From: Rhizaria sp. SCN 62-66
Taxonomy: Eukaryota
NCBI GenBank assembly: GCA_001724265.1
Contig: MEDY01000239.1
Span: 1-53,149 of the forward strand
Direction: 5' to 3'
DNA: 53,149 nt
Below, one piece after another: positions 11,769 to 23,989 of this stretch. Made by a program: the position numbers and the translations under genes. The notes beneath the pieces are model-generated. The model had not been told where the DNA came from, made no database searches, and saw only the letters and a list, made by a program, of their open reading frames with translations. Position 1 is the stretch's first letter, and the number at the start of each line of letters is the position of its first letter.

Positions 11769-14700
11769 TTAGATTTTCGGCAACGGCACCGGCTGAATAC
11801 GCTGCATCATAGCATGCAGACGCTCGCTCTCGCCGCCCACACCAACAACATCATCATCGTCCTTATTGTGGCTCGAGCGAGTGTCGGTGTTGGCGCTGCT
11901 GTTTTGACGCGCTTTGCGATAGCGCGCGCGCGCGGCGGCGGCGTTGGCCGCAACCGTGTCCGCGGCGCGGGCGAAAGCGCGCGCAGCCAAGGGGGTGGCG
12001 AGGCCGTCGGCAGAAGGGGCGCAGAGCCCGGACCAGCTGACGGACTCGGCGGCCGCGAGGGCGGCGGCGGTGAGCGCGACGGGAGGCGTCGGAACCACCG
12101 AGTCGCCGGCGTTCACAGACGCCGCCTTGCGAGCGCTCGGGCCCGTCGTCGTATTGCTGTTGTTGCTCGCATCAGCACCTTTGTGCGCGTGTGTGAGCGC
12201 GCGTGCAAGCTCTTTCCCCAAGGGCGGAATGATCGGGTCAACAATGTCAGTACCACGACGCTCGTGTTTGTCACTGCTCATACTCAGAGCAGCGTAAGTC
12301 GAGTCACTGGTTCCCGCGCTCGCGTTGCCGCCCGCAATCGCAACATTACCGCTCTTGTCATGCTGTTGCTTGCTCTCGCTCTCGAAGTTAAGCCGCATCG
12401 CGAAGTCTAGCCGCGTGCGCACGGCGGCGACGAGCGCGGGCACAGCGACGGGCTCGGCCCTGGCGAGCAGCAGCAGCAGTTGGCCCACGCGGTCGCGCAG
12501 CGCCTGCGGGTAGTGGAACGGGGACAGCAGAGGCGTCACGGCCGCAGCGATTACCGTCGCCGCCGTCGCCCCCACCCCGGCCCCGCTGGCGCTGGCGCTG
12601 GCGATGTACGCGGTGCTGCTATGAGAGCTGTCGGTGTGCGTGTTGGCGATGGGAAGCGAGAGCAGCTCGGGCAGCAGCGCGGCTTGCGTAAACGCGACCA
12701 CGACGCCGGCAATAAGTTTGGCCGCCAGAGTCACGCTACTCGCACTCGTGCTGCTGTAAGTCTGATGACCAGCAGTGCTGGTGCCGATGTAAGTGTCGGT
12801 GAACCGCGCGCGCGCCTCGGCCAGCACCGCCAACAGCAGCGGCAGCGCCTCGGCGGCGAAGCGGCCGGCCAGGAAGCGCGGCGCGGCTTCGAGTGCGCAT
12901 GATAGCGCGGGCAGCGCGGCCGCCGTCGCGGGGGTCACGGGCCGGTGCGTCAGCGGCAGAAGCAGTGAGGGCCAAAGAGACGCGAGGAGAGGCAGCAGGC
13001 GGCGGTCCCAGCGGGAGGGTAAGGGGGTACTTACATCATGCGTCTGAGATGCACCGTCGTCGTCATAATCGTCATCACTGTCACTCTCATCACTCTCACT
13101 GCCATCACCACTCTCGCTATGATGAGCGTTGTTGTCGTCGCTGTCAGTGACTTCCTCCACATAGGCGGATGAAGTGCTGAGGTCCTTAGCAGATGTCTTT
13201 CCGCCCATATTCTTCTCATCGTCAGCACCAGCACCAACATCGGCGGTATAATCCTTCGTGCTGGCAGCATCATTCGCACTCACGACCCACTCTTCGTCGC
13301 CATACTCCATCGTCGAAAAGGCATTCTTGGACTTCTTCGCCCCCGCGGCCTTCCTCTCCTCCTCCGTCATCACCACCCCGCCGCCCAGGCCGCCGCTGCC
13401 GCCGCTGCTGTCAGTGCTGGCGTACGCCCGCAGCGCCGGCGCGGCGCGGCCCGCCGCGGCGAGCGCGGTGACAACAAGGCGCGCGGTGGCGAGTGCAGCG
13501 ACGACGACGGCGGGCACTGGCCACGCGAGGAAGGGCTGCACGTGCGAGAGCACACGCACCAGTACGGCCTCCTCCAGCGACGCGCCGGGGTCTTCGTCGT
13601 CGTCGCCGTCGTTCGCCACGCCATCAGCGTCCGCGTCAGCGGCAGCGTCGGCGGTAGCGGCAGCTTCCTCCGCAGCAGCGGCATCGAGCCCTTGCTTGCG
13701 CAGTTGCCTGATCTTTCGCTTGCGCGCCGCCGCTTTGTCAGCAGCGATGATGCCTTCGAGGCTTCCGTCCAGATCGGCGTCCTTTGCCGTCGAGCGCGAC
13801 TTGCGCTGGGTCTTCGCCTTGGAAAGCGCGTGCTTCGCTGCCCCCAACCCGCCCATCTTGACACCATCCATAGGATCCACCTCCCCTTCCTCGTCATCGC
13901 CGTCTAAAGCACTGCTCTTACTCTTACTCTGAGTCTTGCGCTTGCCTTGAGTACCGCGGATCTGCTTCGACTCCGCGAGCAGCGCCCACCACTTCTGCGC
14001 GATGTCTGCCGCGCTGGCGCCGCCGCGCTGCGCCGAGCTCAGCAGCGCGGACTTGGCGCGCGCGGTCGCGGCGGCGCGGCTGTGCGTCGCGGCCGAGGCG
14101 GCCAGCGCGGCGGCCGCGGCGGCGGCGGGGGGCAGCGCAGGCAGCGCGAGGAGCAGCGCGGGCTGCTCCGAGACGGCACCGGCAGTGGCGCAAACTGTAC
14201 CAGAGCTGGCAGCGTTCCTGCCGTTGAGAGGCGCATCCTCGTGCCACGGCCACAGAGGGCTAGCAGCGCTAGAGCCGGCGTCAGTGAAACCACTAACACG
14301 CGACTCGCCACCATCGCTCGCGACGGTAGTCCCTGTCTTCGCAGCAGCAGCGGAGAGCTGGAGTTGTTGTTGCTGCTGCGCGTGCTCAATCGCGTTGATG
14401 TGCGTGATCTTGCCGCCCTGGAGTGTAAGTGCCTTGGGTTGCAGACTAAGTACCCTGGGATTAGCCTCCCCGGGCGCTGCGTGGGCCCGCTCAACCTCGT
14501 CCACAGCCACGACAACCGCGGCACTTAAACCAGTGTAAGTAGCTGCGGAGGCGCCGCTGCCGCCCGTGGAGAGACACGGCACAGCAGTGGCGGACGTTGC
14601 GGCAGTAGCGGTGGCGGCGTTCGCGTCAGCCGTGGCCGCTGCGGAGGCCGACACGTACGGAATGCACACGACCCACTTAGACTCGTGTAAGGGGTTGCCG

Positions 14701-17700
14701 GCATCAGCGCCATTGCTGTGCTTGCTGCTGTTGTTGCCGCTGCGGGCGCTGTTGAGATTGCTGCTCTTGGAGACTGTAAGCACGCGCCGGTACACAGCCC
14801 TTACAATCGCGCTGACAAGGTCTAAGTACACCAGCACACCCTCAGACGCACTCACATTCACGCTAGCGTTCGGACTGGAGCTCGCTGTCGCCGCCGCCGC
14901 TGCGACGGCCGCCGCGGTGCTCATGCTCTCCAGCACCTCTCCCAACAGATCTTTGAGCGCGGGCACCAACTCTGGCCCCGCGGCAGCCAGGTCCAGCGCG
15001 GCCCGCAGCAGCCGCGGCAGCGCCGCCGCCGCCGTGGCCGCCGTGGCCGCCGCGGCAACCGCGGTGGCGGCCGCGGCGGAGGCGGCGCGCCAGTCGGTCA
15101 GGGCGCGCGCCAGCGACACAAACGCGCCGGCGCCGCTGTTCGTCGCGACAACGCTAGTGCCCGTGCTCGTGTCTGCGGTGGAGGGCGAGGAGGCGGATTG
15201 GCTTTGCTGCTGCTGCGAAGACGCGGCTTGGCTTTGCGCGTAGGCCCTCATGGCGTTTAGGTAGGCAGCGCGCACTTTGACGAGCGCTAGCTGTACGGCA
15301 CCATCAAAGTCATCCTGCTGTTGTTGCTGCTGCTGTTGTTGCTCAATGCTCGCCGAAGTCAGGCCGCGACGACCTAACTTCCTGACCTGACCAGCAACGT
15401 GCGCGACGAGGTAGTCAGCGTTGTGCGCAACGAGCAGGTCCGTGCGGCCCTGGGGCGCACCGGAGCGCAGCGCGAGGCGGGCCAGCGCGGCGGCCGCGGC
15501 GGCGCGCGGCGCCGGGTGCGGCGACGCCAGGCGCGGCAGCGCGAGGGGCAGGACGCGGGCCAGCAACGCGGGCGGCAGCGCGGACGCAGAGAGCGGGGCC
15601 AGACACGAGGCCGCGGAGGCGACGAGGCGCAGCGCGTGCGTGTGCAGCAGCAGCAGCCGATGCTGGCGGAGCGACGCCGGGGGCAGCGCCTGCGCCTGTG
15701 GCTGTGTCTGCAGTGCGGGGGCGAGGAGGTCGCTCGCGGAGGCGCCGCTGTTGATGGCCCGGAGGAGAGTGAGTGCGGCGACGGCCGACGCGGGCGTGTG
15801 CGCAGGCAGGTGCCACAGGGAGGACTGGGTCAGGGTCTGCAGCGCTGTACTTAGACTGGATGTGAGTACCTCGGAGGGCGGACTCGTGGGGTCGAGGCAC
15901 CAAGGGTACTCATGCTGCTCAAAGTCGTTGGCGACATCGTTGTCACTGTCGCTGTCGTCGTCGCTGTGGTCGCCGCGGCTGCTATCCTCAGTCGCCGTGT
16001 CAGCAAATTCAATGCCGATGTTGGTGTTGGCGATCATGTTGGCGTTGAGATCATCAAACGGCGCAGTGAAATCAGTGTTGATGTAGTTGAGGTCGTTGTT
16101 ATAGGCATTGTAACTGAACTCGGGATTATTAGCACTTGCGGTTGCAGCAGCCGCCTCAGCGCGAGGGTTCTCTTTGCTGCTCGTAAGACTGCGAGCCGAG
16201 GGGATTTGCGGAGGCAGCAGTGTAAACAGCGATGTAAGGGGCGCGGCGTGACTTCCGACCGCGGAATCGGCAAACTCGCCTGCCACCGCGGCCACAGCGG
16301 CCACAGACACACTATGGTGACCGTCATTGCGGTTCGCAGTCGTGTCATAGTTGCCGTTAGTGAGAGAGAGCAAGAGAGAGTTAAGGCTGTTGTTGCGATC
16401 GACGGCAACCTCCGCAAGCACCGCTGCTGCTTCATCTTCCTCATTAGCGTCTAAGATGGTGCCCACACCGACACTGGATGTTAGTGCTTCCTCAGAGATC
16501 TGCCCCCACTCCTGCTGCACACGCACACCCAGCACGAGCTGGTTCAATACAACGACTGATTCTGACGCGTAGCCGTCGGCCTCAGCGGCGGCCACGGCGG
16601 CGGCCACGGCAGCGCTCGCGGCACTGCCGCTGCCGCTGTGACCGTGGGCGGCGGCCGCGGCGGCCGAGCGGCTGCGCAAGCCGTGGCTGCCGCTGCCGTT
16701 CGCGGAGATGCCCATCGACTCGATCAAAGTCAGGGCGCGCTCGGACAAACCGGGGGGGAGCTGTCGGCTAGAGGTGGAGTTAGAGCTATGATTCCCACTT
16801 GCAGTAACATTCGGAGCGGCTGAGCTGGAGCTGGAGCTGGAGATAATCCCTGCGCCAGAGCTGGTGGTGACGTCGATGACAGTGCCAGAGCCATTATCAG
16901 GATCAACATTGCTGCTGTTGCTGCTGCTCTGCGTGAACGTAAGCGCCTAAGGTCGAATCGCACTCGCGTCGCCGGTCCCTCTTACGCCGGCGGCGTCCGC
17001 GGGGGTACTTAGATCCCCCGCAAGCCCGCTGCTGACGATGGCGCCCCGGGTCGCAACGACCGTGGCCACGCCCGTAGTCAGCGCAACCTCGGCCCAGCCG
17101 GCCACCACGGCCGCGGCGCCGGCGCCCGCCCAGGCAGCCAGCGCGGTGGGCAGCAACAGCAGCAGCGCGGCGGCCTCGGCGTCGGCCGCCAGCGCGGGCG
17201 CCAGGGCCGGGAACGGCGGCAGCGGCAGCTCGTAGTCGGCGTCGGCAGCACCCTCACTGTTACCGTTCCTGCGGGCGCTATCAGGGGTGTCGGAGGGGAC
17301 GGAGCGGTCGAAAGTTAGGCCGCCCCTCACCCCCAGCCCACCGCTCGCACCGGAGTTATTGGAGCCCGTGGCGCCTGTGCCCGTCGCCGTCGTGCCCGCG
17401 GCCGAGGAAATGAGCCCCGGTGAGACTGAGCCTGGCGCCAGTGCGAGCAGCTGTGACAGCGCGCGCACCAGCGCAGGGAACGCAGACAGCAGAGTGTAGG
17501 CGAGCGCGTTGCCGTACGCCTCGCGCCGCAGCAGGTGGTCTTCCCGATCTTGCTCATCGGTGGTATTGCCGCTGCTGCTGCTGCTGTTGCGGTGACGACG
17601 GCCTACCTTCCCGACGCGGCTTAACTTGGTCCTGCCGAGCATGGCGATGCTGGCGAGCAGCAGCCGCAGCGCCCATGCCTGTTTGGCGGCCGACGCCGTG

Positions 17701-20700
17701 GCGTTGGCGTGCGTCAGCAGCGCGGGCAGCGCGAGCAGGCGCCGCAGTGTGCGCTGCTGCAGGGCCTTCGTCACAACGGAGCCGTAGAGCGGGGGCGTGA
17801 GCGCAGAGTGCAAGTACCGCAGGCGCATGGGGGTACTTAAATCCATGTAAGGGGCAGGGACACTCTCAGACTGGCTATGAGTGCGACAAGTACGTTTCTT
17901 GCTTAATTTGCGCACGAGCGCCGCCGTGCCGTCTAAGGGGGTACTTAGATCCCGCAGCGCCAGCGTTGCAGCCCTCGCAGCTGCGCTCGCAGCGCCCACA
18001 CCGACGCAGACACTTGAGCCAGAACCAGAGCCAGAGCCAGTCGCGATAGAGTTAGAAGAGCCAGTGTCAGCAGCGGCGGCGGACAACAGGGCGTCCAATA
18101 AGGTAAGCCGCACTGCGCCCGCAGCTGCCTCAGCCTCAGCCCCAGTCTCCGCCTCCGCCCCTTCTTCATCATCACCAGTCTCTCCAACAGCATCAGCGCC
18201 AGCGCCAGTGTGAGTGCGCGTGGTCGCGACTGCGGCGGGGACAGCGACGGGGGAGAGGTAGAGACAGGAGACGGACCGCAGCAGCGTCGCGGCCGCGGCC
18301 ACGAGCGCGAGCCGCGACAGTGGGTGCGAGCTGCCGGCGACGACGACGCCCGCGCTGCCGCCGGCCACTGCGGCGGCGTCGCCCGCGGCATCGCCACTAC
18401 CATGGTCGCCGCTACTCGAGGCGTCTTGGCAGTCGGCCAGAGGGGCGAAGACGGGCGCGCAAAGACTGCCGATGCGCGCCGCCGTCTCGGCCAGCCAGCG
18501 CGGGGAGCGGGTTCCGAAAAAGTGCCCCTGCTGCTCGCGGTCGGCGCGCTGCTGCTCGAGCAGAGCCAGCGCGCGCGCGCGCAGCGGCGGCGGCAGCGCG
18601 TCGAGCGACTGGCCGCCGAAGGGCAGGGGCGGCTGCAGGAAGTTGCTGATGTCGGCCTTGCGGGCGAGGGTTGAGGTCAGCCAGGTTAGGACCCGGGCAC
18701 TTGAATCCAACGACGCCACATCGGTCTTGTCATCAGGCCTGAGGTTATTGCTTACAGCCGTGCCCGGCTCCGGTTGCTGTTGTTGCTCAGCAGCAGCAGA
18801 GTCGGCAACAGACACAGCAACAGAAGCAGAAGCGGAGACAGCTTTCGCTTTGGCAAACAGCGAGGACAAGCCAGCAGGCAGCGCGGCGTTAACATTCACA
18901 CTTGCATCTACGTTGTCTGCGATATCGTTATTGCTGGCGTCTTTGTCGCTCTCGGTGCTGCTGGACGGCATAACTTCCTCGCCACGCGGCTTATCTTCCA
19001 CGCCGCCGCCGCGCCCCCACTGCCTCGGCTTGAGCGTCAGCGGGTCAACGCATATCAGCGCCAGGGCGGCGTCGCCGAGGCAGAAGGCCACGGAGGCAGT
19101 GAACAGCGCCAGCACGCGCCTGTACAGCCGAGACGTGACACTGGGACTCAAGCTAGCAGCGGTGCTTACATTGCCGCCGCCGAGACTATTGCTGGCAGTA
19201 TGAGGAGTATTGCTACCGCTGCTGGTGCAGAGCACGTGAGCGCAGCCGCCGACGACGCCGGGCAGTAGCGAAGCCCACACCTCGGCGCCCAGGGCGACGA
19301 GCCCGGCCTCCTGGCCCCAGCGCCGCAGCAACAGTGAGGACCCGGGGGCGGGGCCGCGGACCGCGGGCGAGAGGTACAGGGCGGCGGCCGCGGCCGCAAG
19401 AGAGCTGGAGCTAGAGCCAGAGCCAGTTTCTGTGCCAGAGCCGGAGCTAGAGCTCGACTGAGACTTGGTATTACTCTTGTTGTTGTTCTTGTAGTTGTAG
19501 TTGTTGCTGGCAGCGGCAGCAATGGCGGCGGCGGCCTTGGTGGCAGCGTAGACCGCAGTCACAGACAGGGGCACACCGGCACGCGCATTCGCATTCGCAT
19601 TCGCACTGATGGCACTATTGCCGCTGTTGTTTGTGCTCATGTGAGTGTCGGTGATGTAGGTGCAGTCCAGGGAAGGTAAAATACGCAGCAGTTGCCTCCT
19701 TTGCAGTCCGGACATGGCAAGCGCGGCACTAAGAGGGTGCTTAGACAGAGCGTTCACACCGTAAGCCAGAGCTTCGGCGTCGACCGTGTTGCCGTTGTTG
19801 CTTGCATCGCTCATCAAGTACTTAGCCTGGTGGGGGTACTTAGACGCCGCCGACGCGAGGACCGCGGGGTAAGCAGCCAGCCGAGTCGCCATGGCATTCT
19901 CGAGCTTGGAGAAAACGAAGGCGCCGACGCTGTTAGCTGCAGAGCCAGACGCCTTGTTGTGAGCGTTCGCGTCTGTGTTATTAGATGCGCGTACTTTGCG
20001 TTGAGCGTTCTTGCCGAGCGATGTAAGTACATCGAGTGTAAGGGGGTCCGACGCCGTTTCATCAAGGCCAGCCACCACCTCAAGCCAGCCCTGCGATTGT
20101 GCCAGCGACCGAGACTTTGACGGCTGTTGCGCCTTTTGCTGCTTCAGACTCACGGTGACGGCCTCCGACATAGCCAGCACGACCCCCGCGCTGTGCCGCA
20201 AGTGCGGCTGCTCGCGCCCCAGCAAGGCCCTTAGACAGCTAAGGGTGTCGGCCGCCAGCAGCCGCACCCGCATCGGCACAGCGCCGCCTCCGGTCGCAGC
20301 CCCGGGCGCAGGCGCACTCGAGGCCTGCTGCTGCTGCTGTTGCTGTGGCAGCTGCTGCGAGGGGGCGACTCCCTTGATGAGGGAGAGGCAATGCGCAACC
20401 GCGAATCCAATAGAGACGCGCAAGGGCGCTGACGTAAGGGTCAGCGCGAGTAAGGGGGAGTCCGTGGCCGATGTGATGAGCAACAGGTACTTGAAGCAGC
20501 GCAGGGACGCAAGGTACACCGACTCGTGTGTTCCAGGCGTCATCGTCGCATTCGCACTCACGCTTGCGCTGTCCGCTTGAGTGGGGCTGCTGCTGTTGAA
20601 GGGCGGCAGTGTGCTGGGCTGCAAGAAATCAATCAAAAAGCGGAACAAAACCGAGAAAATGGGGTCACGCGTGAATGCCAGCTGTTTGAGCACCGAGCCA

Positions 20701-21397
20701 CTGCCGTTACTATCCCCAGAGACAGAGCCAGAGCCAGCGGCAGAGCTTGTACTGCTATAATTGTTATTATTGTTGTTGTTGACTGTGGTGGAGAGGAAAA
20801 ACGCAAACGCGGCCGCGAGCGCCTCGAGCGCGGCGGCGACAACCGCGGGCACGAGCAGCGGCGGCAGCAGCGCGCGGTCCAGCAACACGCGCGACACAGT
20901 GCCGAACAACGGGTCGAAGAGGGAGGCCGCTTCGGGGGGCGGCAGAAGCAGCAGCGATTCAGCCTCGGCTGCAGTCATAGCGCCACCACTGGCACTGGCG
21001 CTCGCAGTTGCAGTTGCAGCTGCTTTGGCACGAGGTGCGAGCGGCGGCGGCGCCGTTGCGGCGAACTGGAAGTACCCCGCGATCGCGGTGAGGGCCTCCG
21101 TGGCCGCGTGGGCGAAGGAGGTGCTCACGTTGAGCCAGTGGCGCTGCTGCAGCGCGCGCTCCTGTGCCTGCTCCTGCGCGCTCATCACCACGCTGATGCT
21201 CACGCCGCTGCTGCCAGCGCTCGGACTGCTCGCATTGGCCCCGGCGTTAGCGCTGCTAGTGGTGGTGTTGTTGTTGTTGATATTGTTATTGGCCATGTGG
21301 AAGGCTGTTGCGGCAGTGCGCAGCTAGAGATACTGTTGCGACAGCGAGTGGAGCGACTGAGAGATAAACTGGGCAGCCACTGAGGTCAACTCGAGAC

Positions 21398-21441
<44 letters not shown>

Positions 21442-21542
21442 GGCTGCGGCTGCTGCTGAGGGCGGGCAGACGAGGACGAGGGGGCAAAGGGAAATGTGAC
21501 GCCCGGGGAAGCGCCAGCTGGGCGCTGCGGGGTGCCGTTCAT
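11769..21542 (-). CDS. TTI1: TELO2-interacting protein 1 (TTT complex); one 3257-codon frame containing two in-frame TAG (21326-21324, 16949-16947)
   Basis: TTI1-like motifs in the expected order: IGFAVAHCL, WASLLPGVV, RSPRWLAETAARI, then after the second TAG, DLLVAHNADYLVAHV, LLPLLASLWPSL, FLAGRFAAEALPLL. The three listed ORFs share one frame (gaps of 27 and 198 nt with no other stop). Stop TAA. Confidence 0.85.
17932..17949. repeat. Most perfect copy of the dispersed hairpin motif TCTAAG-GGGGTA-CTTAGA
   Basis: 6-bp inverted repeat with a 6-nt loop; about 15 full or partial relatives across the window (see findings). Confidence 0.7.
21400..21456 (-). repeat. (CAG)n poly-Gln tract at the TTI1 N-terminus
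   Basis: CTG run on the + strand, encoding QQQPQPQQQ...Q. Confidence 0.9.
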
Positions 21543-21970
21543 GCTCGAGTCGCGTCACGCGCAGAGGGGCGGGAGCGCGCGAGAGAGCGAGGGCGTTGAT
21601 GTGATACGCGGAGGCTCAGGTCGAGAAGTGAAATCTGCTGCTGCCCAATGAGATAGACAAAGGGTTAAAGAATATAACCCGGTTAGAAGTTTAGACACTC
21701 AGCTTTAAAGCCTTGCTATAAAAACGAGGCACTGAACAGAGTTCAGGGGATGCGACGAGATGAGTCCGGACGTGCGATAGCGCACGAGCGCGGGTAGTGT
21801 CCAGTTCGGGAAGTCGAGGGTTGAAGGAGGTGAAGTAAAAAGGGAGTATTGAAGGGATTACAAAATTTCACGAAATCCTATTAAAGAGAAATACTCACAT
21901 CAGTACTTTCTATATTGTGTCAAAATTATAGACTTATTTACGATCAAGACAGCGTGAGTGCTTACGTTTT

Positions 21971-23166
21971 ATGATCGGCCCCGCACGTCAGGCGCCACTG
22001 CCTGCACCTCCGCTGCCACCCACCGTTTCATCGGCCTCGGCATCTTCGGCGCACTCTTCCGCTTTGCGCGCCGCTGACCCACATGCCCCGCATCGCATCA
22101 CCCTTGTTGCCCGCGGCGCACCGCGCGGCATGACGGCCGTGCCCCAGGACGAGGAGGAAGAGGAGGAGGACGGCAGTGCTCGCTCGGCACGGGCCCCAGT
22201 TCCCAACCTGAAGCTCAAAGGCATCGACAGTACGTCTTCTATCACGCGCTAATTAAGGCACCTCGAATTTAATTTGAAGTGTGCGTTCGTCCACTTTCTT
22301 GTCCATCCGCTCACCAGAATTTTGTCATTTTCCCGTGTTTTGTACGTTGTTAAACCTGCGTAGTTTTGAAGCAACCTGGCGTAGACGTGCACACCAAGGC
22401 CATCATCTTCTTCCACACGCTGCCGATGCCGCTGCTCGCACAGATCACCGACACCTACGGCGTCTACACCACAACGGCTCTGACAACAGGCCTCGTGCTC
22501 TTTGCGCCCGTCTACCTCCTTTTCGCCCTCGCCAAGGTGTACCTGGCGTTCCACCACTACCTGCTGCCGACCGCGCTCGCGCTGCTGTCCTCCGACGCTG
22601 CCGCGGCCGCCGCCGCCTCCCCGGCGCCGCCGCTGCCCGCCGCGCTGGCCCCGGTGCCCGCGCTGCTCGTGATCACGCTGCTGTGTGACGGCGCCGCCGC
22701 GCTGCTGCTGGGCATCGCCGCGGGCAAGCGCTGGCGCGCCGGCGTCGCGCTCGCCGTCGCCGCCGCCGCGGTCGCGCTCACGGTTACCCCGGCCCCGGCC
22801 GCCGCGTTCGCGGCCAGCGGCGGCCAGTTCGCGCACCTTGGGTACGCTGCGCACGCCCTGCTGTGGCCCGCAGCCGCGGCCGTGGCGGGGGCGGCGGCGC
22901 TGGCGGCCAGCCAGGCGCACCGCGCGGTGACCGTGAGCAGCAGCGACTGCGACGGCGGCTGCGGCGCGGGCTGCCGGTGCGTGCGGGGCGGGGCGGCGCA
23001 CCCGGCGGTCACTATGGAGGAGGCGGGGGCGGCCGCGGTGGCGGAGACCGTGCGGCGCGCCGACGCGCGGTTCGAGGAGGAGCAGCGCGAGCGCGAGGAG
23101 GAGCAGCAGCGGCGCGAGCGGCAGGCCCGCGGGGTCGACGACGAAGACGATGATTACGGAATCTGA
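21971..23166 (+). CDS. Hypothetical multi-pass membrane protein; exons 21971-22229 and 22364-23166
   Basis: The phase-1 intron 22230-22363 (GTACGT...GTAG) joins LKGID/ILKQPG. Several hydrophobic segments, a CDGGCGAGCRC cluster and a Glu/Arg-rich tail; stop TGA. The start could alternatively be the ATG at 22130. Confidence 0.7.
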
Positions 23167-23989
23167 GCCCGGGCGGGGATGAGTCGCGAGCGCCCGCGCT
23201 TGCAAGTTGTTACGTTTGCTGCGACCGTGGCAAGTTTGCATTGATGCTTTGCCGACTCATGTGATTATTATTTAGCTCTGTAGCTCATGAAAGCGGCCGT
23301 TCCGTGTTGAAAACAGACGGTGTTCATATGCAGGGTGAACACTAGTGTCGATTCGTTCGTCGATGTACCATTGTGCCCGATGTTTGGCTTGTAGAATGGT
23401 TGTGTGCGATAAACTCCCATGGTCGGAGCTTTTTGTTGCGGCATGTCAAGCACTTGCACTTGACAAATTTCGACGTCTTAGGAACCGAATTTTCGCTATT
23501 CAGGGCAGCAAAGTACATGTAACACCGCAATTTGAGCCGTGATATTGGGCTCACTGCATAGTATACACAGCTGTTAATACGTGATATAACATTGTATATG
23601 GAATTTTATTGGCACGACACGAAGCTACAAACGCGAAATGACGCGACAAACACTAATATGTAGATTGTTAATAACGATCATGATGATGAGATAATCAATG
23701 TAACAAGAACTGCCTCTGAAGGAGGAGAGACAGAGTATTGCTTGTGGACAAGCTGAGATAACATAGAGCCGTCACTTTGATAGTCAATAGCACAACAGAT
23801 TGACCGTCTAGACATCCACCATGTTGACACCGGGCAAAAATCTTAAGAATATGTATAATATGATCATTAAAATGCGCCAAACATCATCTTCATTTCACTG
23901 TCCTCACTTTATTTTCTGCCGTTTCTTCCTTCCATTTCCAGCCACTTCCTCTCTCTTTCCTGGACAGACTGCGCATTCCTGCGCTCTCT

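Noticed and set aside
22361-22363. TAG just upstream of ORF 22366, and TAG at 49317-49315
   Set aside because: Both are ordinary splice acceptors and were not counted as recoded codons.
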